The notes below the pieces were generated by a model. That model did not search any database, was not told the origin of the DNA, and saw only the letters and a list, made by a program, of their open reading frames with translations. A stretch of 64,000 nt of DNA from Iphione sp. A-MEVVRFRX5 (lineage: Eukaryota), in the NCBI GenBank assembly GCA_976226885.1, contig OZ320313.1:113398001-113462000 (forward strand). Reading direction: 5' to 3'. Both the position numbers and the translations under genes were made by a program. Below, piece by piece: positions 46,108 to 56,600 of the stretch (positions within the stretch are counted from its first letter, which is position 1; every line of letters begins with the position of its first letter).

Positions 46108-47354
46108 TACGTGTCCCATGGATAATACCATAGAATAGGTTTTAATGCTTCTCAACAGCTTAAACTGTTATTAATTACTGTAGAGAGACTCGAAAAAGGC
46201 CTTTGTTCTTTTCCAAACTGTCCCTAATTGAGATGTCCCCATTAGAGACTTCTTTAAATATATAGCAAATAGAATCTGTTTTTTCTAGCTACTAGTATAT
46301 ATATTTTGTTTAAAAATAAAAGTGATTTAAAGGTCAAATTAACATCTAGCTTGTCCATACAAACAGACACATACGGAATCAGTGAGTTTATAGATTTTAA
46401 GGCACGAAGCTGTATCATAGTCTGCTCACCCAGGTAGAGCTACATGTAATTGGTTCTACTTGATGCTGGTGGGGTACACTAAACCTCATAGGTCCCCTCC
46501 CTCGTTGTCCCCTGCCTCATAGAGAAGAGGGGAGGGGGGGGGGGAACACTGCTGTCCAACCATCCGACCCTCTGTCACAACCCTATTAGTCATAGAATTT
46601 CAGTATGCTTAAATCAGACTTCTTACTGGCTCATGCTGGTGTAATTCAAAGCAATGTAAATAACAAGAGTAATGGAAAACGTATGCACATGTGTATCAGA
46701 GAGAATATGGAGCTACATGCATGCGCCCCATACAGTGACAATTAATTCCACTTGATTGAACAGCAGGAGGGGGACAATAGACCTTGCAGGTCCTTGTTGT
46801 TTTTTATTGTGTGTGTCTCTTTTGTGTGTGCTGTTTTACCTCTCTGACTTCAACATATTTTTCTCTCGATGTTTTGCAGGAGATGCCGACATACCGTTAC
46901 TTCATTTGGTGCTGTGTAGCTTGCTATTAACCGACTAGTAAATGACCATGGGGAGGTTAGCCAAGCCTTTTCACGTGAAGACAAAGAAGGAGAGGACAGT
47001 CCGCAGTCGGGTGTGGGTGGTGATGAGAGACAGAAGAAAGGTTGAAGGCTGTTAATACCAAGTACGCCTTGGAGGGCCCTTCATTGATTTCATAGAGCTG
47101 TTCATCGGGATCGCCGTCTTCACTGTCGTTGTTCATGCTGTTGATCTTAGTCCTGAGGGCTTCACCTTGGCTGAAGTCCTTAACCATCCTCATCGTCTTT
47201 CCCCGCCATCCTCATCGCTAGCATCCATCGTATTCGTTATAATAACCATGGCCCTTGTTGGTGACTCCCTGCTGCTTGCATGTAAGATAGGCAAGCCCAC
47301 GTTTTCGCCGTGAACATCCATCCCGTCACCCTCGTCTCCTCCTAGCATTAAATC

Positions 47355-47425
47355 CACCACCACCACCACCACCTCCTCCTCCTCCTCCTCCGCCACCACC
47401 ATCATCCTCATCTTCATCCTCATCA
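47355..47425. repeat. (CCA)/(CCT)/(CAT) trinucleotide tract
   Basis: Direct reading. Confidence 0.85.
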
Positions 47426-50142
47426 CTGGTCGCTAGGAGAAGAACGACAGGAGACGGACAGACGGTCGACTAGCTAGTCGCTCGACTCCCCCGCTTACCC
47501 CCTCTACACACAGGAGATCATACTATGTACAAAAGACAAGACAGCGCGCCCTGCTGGAGAACGGGGCACCTCTTGAGGCAGTTGAAAAGCGCCCTAGTCA
47601 GGCCCAGTGACAAAGCTGAGCCAGCAGCAGCAGTCGTCGCGACCTCTGTGCTCAGATTTCTGGCTCATAATGAGACCTCGTGGCGACCTGAGACGCCTGC
47701 ACAGAGAGTACCCGGCGGAGTAGGAGTAGGACGTTTTCCCGTGACGCAGGAGTTTGGATTCTGTATCTGAGTTCGAGGACGCTGTAGAAAGAAGGCTAAG
47801 ATTATAGTTCTTTCCGAGGCATCAGTGGTCAAAATGGCCTTCGTTTGCACTGACAAGACAGTAGCTGATCGCTCGCTGTAGGAAAAAAAAATGCCACTGT
47901 TTTATGAAGGTAGCTTTATGCAGGGAGTTTATTCGAGAACAAGCAATGACTGCTTTCTTTAGACAAGTTAAAACGCTTGTATTCTTTTTTTTTCACGCTT
48001 CACGTACTGCATGACAAGCACGACACGGAATACGGATACTGCCGTTTTGTTTGCTCCTTTCAACTCCTCACCTTTCGAGAGACTGGCTGTCTTTGCTGTG
48101 TCCAGCCTGAAGTCGCGCCAAGTGCGATGAGGGTTAATGCTGACCGGTGACTACTATACAGGCCTTTGCAGGTTACGACCCTGGATCTGAAGGGTTATTG
48201 TGAATAGGTTTGATATCCTCAACCATGCAAGGGAACAGGCAGCGATATGGCGTCTCATTAGTGAATGCTAGCGTTGTCTTGTCCTGTTAACAGTGGAATT
48301 TAGGCAATGGTCGATGCTTCCTCGCTACGATTTTGCTCTCCCCCCCCCCAATTTTGTTAATTCGCTGATATGTTATATATTGTTCCGTGTTTCTTTTTCA
48401 GTGCGAAAGTTTTTGCATGAATGAGCATGGCCTTTGTTTAGTACTCTTTCGACGGGTGGATACACCATATACACGTTACAGACGCGTGTACCTTCAACCG
48501 ACTTATCGCTGTAATTAACTTAACCTAGCTGTACTGGCTGATTGTGAGAGGAGACTCTACGTGTTGATCTCACCAGGACACATTAGCCACATAATAAACA
48601 TTACACGCGGCTTCATCTCAGAGTAAATTCATCGTCAGTATTAATTCAAATCTGCGCTCGACAACATTATATTGAATGCTCCCCCTCCGCATTTAGCGTA
48701 ATTTGAAATGTATGCTTGTAGGTCCTAATGTATCTAGTGTTCTAAATATCATTAACAGTAATTTAAGTATGTTTGTTTTGTTCTTATCACTTACCATGAA
48801 TTTGTGTAGCGGCGTTCTGCATTTGTTACTTGTGCACTTGTTATGAAGAAAGACAAGAATCATTGTATGGAGGTGAACGTTAAGTTTATAGTAAAAAGCA
48901 CAAATTTGCTGATTGAAGCAGACAAAGACTGTGTACTTGTACTTGAACAACAGATTTTCACACTATTGAGTTCCGTTATCAGGTAACGATTTTTAAACAG
49001 GTAACACTCACAACAGCGGACACTGCTTGAATGACCATATGGGGTATTCTGTTGATGTTTATCATCTTTGGCCTGCGGAATGTATTTCCATATCATGCAG
49101 GTATATTTCTGTTGGTTTTCTTTTTGAAAGATAGAAACCCCAACGATGGCCACATACAAAGCTCGCAGATTGGGTTCTTCTGCAAAAAAAAACACTAGTA
49201 AGAAATCATGCCGATGTTAAACCGCTCGTTTCGTTCTCTGACCCATGGCCCTTTTAACAGAGGCCCTGGATCGATAAAGGTGCGATTGGTAGGGAATGTG
49301 TCCTACCACGGAGACACGGGCGTCAATCTTAAAGAATCCACTTGAAGACTTTCTTGTTTTGGAGGCGGCCTTATGTACCATAGGGAGATGCTTGCTGACT
49401 ATGGAGAGGTTGGACGAAAGCTATAAAGGAATACATAGTTAAAAGGATATTCCGATGCTTGAGCCCGCCCCCCGAGTGGGGGTTGTATATTTGAGTAGGT
49501 GGTAGATGTGTATGTAGATGACTATTCTGGTTCACGGATAATGCCGGCTCTCCTGTAAATCTTGTAAAGTTGCACTTCAGATATACAGTGTATCATATAT
49601 TTAATTACAAGGGTTGTTGATAGAGGTTATGTCATATGTTATATGTACCTTCATGGTTTCATTTCCCCTTTTGTTACTTCAAGATACAAATCTATTTATG
49701 AGCAGTACAATAACAGAATGGCTTAATCGTACTGTGTTTATGACTCGTGCTAAAGTACAGACGTTCGGCTTTGGTTCATTGTGGTAAGTTGAACACCATC
49801 ACTTCTAAGATGCGATAAATTGTATTTGTTCTGTTTCCCGTATTCTGCTGGTTATAACTTGAATTTACTAAATCGATTTTATGGTAACTTTGATAGCTGT
49901 CATTTCAAACGAAGCGACCGTATAGGAAATGTATTACATCATTATGGATTTTTTTTTGTATTTGAAAATTGAATCTCTCGCCGAGAACGGTCATTTATAA
50001 GTAGACGATCATTTTTCACCAGTACTTCATTTACGGTAATTGTCAGAAAGTTGCCCTACCCTTTCCTTGTCTGCGTAGGTTTCCTTATGGAATAATAATA
50101 ATATCCTTTGATGCTGTCTGCCAATATTTAAAATTTTCCTGA

Positions 50143-50148
50143 AATAAA
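50143..50148 (+). terminator. Candidate polyadenylation signal for SORBS (alternatives at 48593 and 50446)
   Basis: AATAAA in AU-rich context. Confidence 0.3.
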
Positions 50149-50895
50149 CGTACTGCCACAAAGATAAGTGTTGTTTTTGTTAGTACTCAACAAAATTCAA
50201 AACAAAAGGCCTTCGTCGTGTAAAAATGTATAGTACATGTATGGTATAGAAAGGATCTCCTCCGTTAAAGCAGTGATAGAAGTGCTCACATTTAGTAATT
50301 ATCTTATTTGTATCATTCTTGAATGAAAATATTCTAAAAGGTTTACTCTGCTTCCACTGCAGAAAGTATTATAATTTTTCTCGCTGACATTGATTTCTTT
50401 AGCATTTTAAAATGATTTCTACAAGTTTTGCAAGTATACAATGTAAATAAATAAGACAATGACTACTGGAAACTTCATACTTCCCGTATGCAAAAATAGG
50501 AAAGCATGAGGCAATGCTGAAACATTGTAATAGAGCTGTTGGAAGTCAACTTTCTCCAAGACTTCAGATAGTCTAGTAGTGGTATATATTACACCAAGAA
50601 GTCGCACACCGTACCACAAATACGGCAGACAAAGTGTCCGACAGATAGACTGTCCAAGTAAATCCGGACGTCTCTCATTTAGAACTGCTCTCCCGTTACG
50701 TAGCTGAGCTAAACAGTTAATGTTAAATATGTTGATATACACCGTCCAACCTGCTAGAGACGTTTCTGCGGTACACCAATCGAACGTAAAGCCGACCTGT
50801 ACTCAGTCTATGCTAGCCATTTCCCAAGATAAAATGGGTCTATTCCTGTAGTACCGATTTCCCACTAGTATTCTGGCGACCAGTGCTGCCGTCAT

Positions 50896-50896
<1 letters not shown>

Positions 50897-50961
<65 letters not shown>

Positions 50962-50984
50962 TCTCTCTCTCTCCCTCTCTCTCT
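50897..50984. repeat. (CT)n microsatellite, about 44 units with two CC interruptions
   Basis: Direct reading. Confidence 0.97.
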
Positions 50985-53078
50985 GTGTATAATATATCAA
51001 CATATGGTTAAGATGGATAAAAAGTATTAAAAAAAATTATAAGTACTTTCTCATTTTCCTGGTGGTAAGCATTACTCCATCACTGCTATGATACACCAGA
51101 CCTACTGCTCTGTATGTCCATTCCTTTTCAATTGTCCTTTGTTCTGTTTCTGATGTGTGTCTGGACTTGATAACTTTACAGGCTATTAGGAGCGACAATC
51201 ACACATAGAAAACGTTTCTGACCTGCAAGAGTATGCCCTGAAAATGCTTTAAAAATAAGTATAATTTAGATGGACGCCTTCTCGTTTCTTTTAAGAATCA
51301 GAGAAAATGTCGTAAGATGTATTGTACCTTTTCAGATAGGATAAAGGTCTTCTGTGAGAGTTTAGAGAGTATTGAGTTATTATATGATTCCCCTAATTCT
51401 TTATCAATGATTACCACAGAATATTATATCGCGAAGCTGCCCCGCACTGTGCTCCCTTACCACTCGTCCGAACGCTGACACCCGGGGAGACGTATGGGTA
51501 AGAACAAGACAGTAAAAAGAGAAGCCGACTACTGCGACCAGCAGACCAGCTGCTGTGGGTTGCTCGTACCACGGCCCCTCATTGGAGCAGCTCACGGCGA
51601 CGGCTGGTAGTGCAGTGAGCTTCTATATTGGAGCTCGCGGTACTGAGCCATGCCTAAATTTGGCCGCCGGTGGCTCTGTTTGACCCGCCGTGGTTGCTGC
51701 TGATACTCGCTGCTCCTTCCCACCGTCTTTCTTCACCTGCCTCGGCACCGACTAGCACTCCACTGCTGCTAGCCTGTCTAGACTAGATAGTTGAACCCTG
51801 AGTCCACCAAGAGTATAGATTATACTGCTGGTGCACATTATATCCCCTTAGCGTCATAGGCTGGTTAAATAGTAGTTCGCTCGGCATACCTTGAGTTCTT
51901 TTAATACAATATGATGGTACTGATGAAAAATAAAACCATAGAGTAGCATGTAATTCTCGTGTTCAATTCAAAGCCGTAAGTAATGGCGCTAAAGATAGGC
52001 CTGCTGGATTGAAAACAACACAAAATGAAGGAAACTATGTTGTATTTCTCTACATGAACCAAATGTACAAAATGCATAGGCTCAATTGACTTTGATTGGC
52101 AGTAAGTATATGAACGTATTTGCTCGACCATTCATTTTCTCAAAACCCCTTCCTTTTTTCGGATGCAGAAGATTTTGAGTATTGACGTGCTTGTTCAAAA
52201 GGAAGGGTAGTTGGCATGGAAATGCAGCACCTGACATTTCTTGAATTTTACATTTACATATATATACCAGGGATCTTTTTTCTACAACAGCGAGCCAGGA
52301 AAATGTCATGACAATCCATTAGAAATAGGAACAATTATGAAACAAACCCGAGTTATGGCAAATTCTCTTTCAAAGCAAAGGCAGACTTGAATACCATCAG
52401 CTTTTTTACAGCATTTGAATCGGGTACGTAACAAAAGTACCATATTCATTGACTAGTCAAGGCAGGGTAGGATTTTTCTCCCGCGACAACAATGTGGTTA
52501 TTTCGCTGAAATCACGCTATCTACGAAAAAGGTCTTCACACGGCATACATCGGTGTTGTATAGGACGGGGGATCGATTTTACACGTAACAGTTTATATAC
52601 ACACAGGCAATAAACAAGGTAAAATAAAATCAAGGGCAATCACAGGTAGACTTATCAATCATCATAGACATTTGTACAACAGTGTAGCAAACACCAACGA
52701 AGACGCCTGAGAAGAGATTGGTTGATCAGCTATCTCACAACAGAGATACAGAGTCACTGCGTAAATGTTACACATCGCCACATAGAGAGGTAGCAGGGGT
52801 GGTTTGCCTTGCCGTTCAACTTTAGTAGCCGACGTCAGGAACAAAAGTGGAAGAAACAAATTTAGGTATGAGTGGCAAACACCGGTCAAACTTTACAGTA
52901 ATACATGTACATGTATATAGGTTTGTGGCACACCTCTTAACGCTAAATGCTGAGATTCCAGAACTCACAATATATGATTTATAGAATAAACGCTTTCACG
53001 ACAGAATCCACACACCTAGGTTAAATGCACACATACCTATATGCAACGTTCACTAAATTATATTTTGACTTTTTCTCG

Positions 53079-53084
53079 TTTATT
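53079..53084 (-). terminator. Candidate polyadenylation signal for the minus-strand gene
   Basis: TTTATT on + (AATAAA on -), about 285 nt past the stop. Confidence 0.3.
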
Positions 53085-53367
53085 TGTATCTAGGTTTACG
53101 TGCATTTTGTCAAACATACCAATTCATTGGTTCATATTTCGTACTTCTTTCTAAAAAAATTCGGCGGTGTTTCAAATCTCATCCTTTTAAGAATGAAGAG
53201 ACTCAGCGACCAGAAACGTATACAATAATGTCCGTATATTCGGCGATCCTTACTTAGCAGAGGGCACTTCACCACTAGAATCGTACGGCCGTTCTGTCTC
53301 CTAGAACAGGACACTTCATCGGAGGTCTTCTTGCAGCTACGAAGATAGGACATGAGGCAAAACGGCT

Positions 53368-53654
53368 CTACAAATCACAAAAGCCCTCGCCCTCAGTGAA
53401 CTCGGGTGCATCGTAGTACACCTCCCCATTGGTGGCAGGAGGTCTGGGTGACAGGCGTTGAGGTGGAGTTGCTTGCACAACCGCGGCGGACCCGCTTGAT
53501 GACGTCGGTCCCGACGCCTGCGAACCAGCGGGCGATGGTTGATGGATACCGGATGATGCTCCACCCGCTGCTTCCGATGTTGGCGCAGCGCCCCAAGCGG
53601 GCTGCTTGGCGTTGAACTTGATTGACGGTACTGGTGGAGCCACACTCGAGACAG
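53368..53654 (-). CDS. Last exon of SYNPO2/MYOZ-like gene (...GEVYYDAPEFTEGEGFCDL-stop)
   Basis: tccgtcag acceptor in phase 1; TAG at 53370-53368. Confidence 0.88.
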
Positions 53655-56600
53655 CTGACGGAGAATAAAGTAAATTGGACATAAATGATAGATAATGTCT
53701 AAAGACAGCCAGATACTTACATTATTTCTCTGTAACAACACAATCATTGTCTTTATTGGTGTCCTACCGACGGAAAGAGAAAGAGAGAGGCAAACTAAAG
53801 TTCCACCAATAAAGACAAGGTTTTCTCTCCACTTCAACTCTTTATACTTGAAGGTAATAAAACATTCATGATGGATTACAATTACACGTATAACCGACTA
53901 TTGCCCGTCATTTTCCTCATAGCTACCAGGAAATATCAGACTATATAAACGACCTTTATTACTTTCATCCTGTGCAGGCAGTTTAGGCCGCGCTTTAAAA
54001 TTGTTTCGGGAAATACACCCATGATTCAAGGTTTACTCACCGGAGGTGTTGGGTGCTGGCCCGCTGACAGATGACCATCCCTTGATCTTCTTGTTGTAGT
54101 TCTGGGTGAACTTGTTCTGCTGGGCAGGTTGCGCCCCTGCTAATGACGTTAGGGATGTTGTCGGTGTCACCTTGCTGCCCGGGGTCCAGCCGCCCAGCTG
54201 GTCACCGTGGATGGTGTTCCGCTTCTGCAGATGACTGAAGGCGGCGTCAAGGTTGCCTTTCGAGGCGGCCTCCCAAGGAGTCATAGCGGGTTTGCTGATC
54301 ATTTCCTGTAGACGCGCCTTGGGCGGGCCTTGAGGCTCGGCCGACAGAGGCCCGGTCTTCATATTGGCGTCCTGCATGGCGCGCTGCATCGCAACCTGCC
54401 CGACGATCTTCTCCATCACCTCTCGGTTGGGACCCGACTGCTGCGGCTTCTCGTCGACGATCCACTGCTCGGCTCGCGCCCTGCGCTTAGCGAACAGCTT
54501 GCCGCCCTTGCCCTTCATGTTACGCAGATCGTTGGCCAGACTGAAGCAGACCTGTGGCGACACTTGGTTGTGCAGGCTCTTCTGCTCAAAGAGGCGCATC
54601 TTCTCAAACTCATCGTGGCTCAACGCCTTCGACGACTCCTTGTCTTTCGCCGAAGGGATAGCGGGCGCCTGCCATAGCTTAGGTAGGGTAGGCATTGGCG
54701 GAGGCGGGGGTGGTGGTGGAGGTGGTGGTGGTGGAGCGGCAGCAGCGGGGGCAGCAGGGGCAGCTGATGGAGGTTCCCAACTGGGTTTGGGGGCTTCCCA
54801 CGTGGGTTTCGGTACTTCCCAGGAAGGCACCTCAGCCGGTTGGCTTGGGGCGGCAGGGGCAGCACCCGCTGCGCTCGGGGGCTGCCATGTGTGCGACGGC
54901 TTGGGCGCTGGCGCTCGGCTCCGCTGGCCGACGACGCCTGGTCGCGGAGGCTGTGGCTGAGGCTGCTGCTGCTGCTGTGACTGAGGCTGCTCAGAACCTG
55001 TGCCCCAAACAGGCTCGACGTGACCCCAGGAACTCGCGCGAATGTCAGGTTGGCCCCAGCTTCGTTCGTATGGCTCCTGAGGGGCCATCTGTGGTGGTGG
55101 GCGCTGCTGTCCAGCCATTTGCTGTTGCTGTTGATTTGGCGGTTGCCAGGTGTGCGGCGCATTCCAAGGTGACGGCCGGTAGTACTTTTCACCCGCTTCT
55201 CCCTTTGACTTGGGGGGTGCCGCCATGTCCACGTCATCAAGAGGGAGTGGTTCGAGACCTGCCACCCAGCGGGCTGAGCCCTGGCGGCGCTTCATGAACA
55301 TGGCGTGACCGCGCGCGCGCTTGTTCTGCGGCGCCATCAGCGACATGGCGACGCGGCGCGCCATTTTGATCTGCTCCTCGATTGTGGGGTACTTGTGTTG
55401 TGGGTCGTCGTAAAAGGATGAGTCTGCATAGATCTTTTCTGTAATAGCAAGGTCCACAAGAAACGAAAATTAAGATTTTCAATATTTCAAGGCATGGCCA
55501 GTGACCTACTCATCTCTAGAAGTATTTATAAAATGAGCCAAACTTACATTAGATCATGGGACTGTAGATATATGATAATGGGCATTACTCAAAATCATGA
55601 CCATTCTATTTTGCCTACGTCATTGAGTGCTCTTACATTCGTTTTCCAATTTGAGGTGAGCTCCACAGTGAACAGGTTTCAAATATCTGACCTGATGTTG
55701 GTAAAGATGACGCGTACTTACCATTACGTTTCGCCCACTAATCAAGAAATGTTTGAAGCATTTACCGTGCATTAAACAAAAGAATGCATTTCGTTCGTTG
55801 TAATACATGACGTCCTAAACCATATACATTGTACATGTATGTATATGTTACTATACACACTCTACACTAAATTGTTGTATATTAACCGGCAACAGGTCAC
55901 ATTGTGATTTGACACAGGTCAAGAAAAAAAAAACATGCAAACTGTTCCCAGATGCAACCAAGTGCGGATGTTCTTTTAAGCAAGGTGTACTTATCTTGAA
56001 CAGTGAAAATGATAAAAAGCGACACCAAATGTTTTTAGACAGCATGAGGGAGGCAATATACTAGACAAAATGAACTACAGATACGGGTTAATCTCTACAC
56101 AGGAACCACCGTTTACACCGTAAACGCACTGATGATTAACACTTAACTTTCATCGTAGGGACAGGACCGACGAGTGCAGTTGCACCAAGTCCTGTTAGGA
56201 AGACAGCAATGGTTTAAAGCTCGACACAGTGGAACAGGACAAGAAGTTGCCTCCGCCGAGGTTTGCATGACAGGATGGCAATCAGAGATGAGACAGGACT
56301 AAAGTCAAGTAACCGACAGACAGGCAGGACCAGCTTTCTTTTCCAAGCAACAACAAAGAAAATTACAAAGATATTACAGACGGAAGGGATATATGTGTAG
56401 TTTCCTTACAGGCTAAAGCTGATTGGATTAACAGTACCGATAAGCATTGTTTTCGGACCAAAATTAAACAGCAAAGCACCTCTGTAGGTAAGCAAAATAT
56501 TTTATATCAAAGATGCCTTGTTGAAATGTTAACAAGGCCTAGAACCAAATCTCTGTGTTTCCGGTAACATACTAGAATAATATAGGGTTGGTAGGTAGGT

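Larger units (their letters stand above)
46880..50148 (+). other. Probable SORBS 3' UTR exon
   Basis: Strong acceptor ttttctctcgatgttttgcag at 46878-46879; AU-rich non-coding sequence; AATAAA at 48593, 50143 and 50446. The end point is uncertain. Confidence 0.45.
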
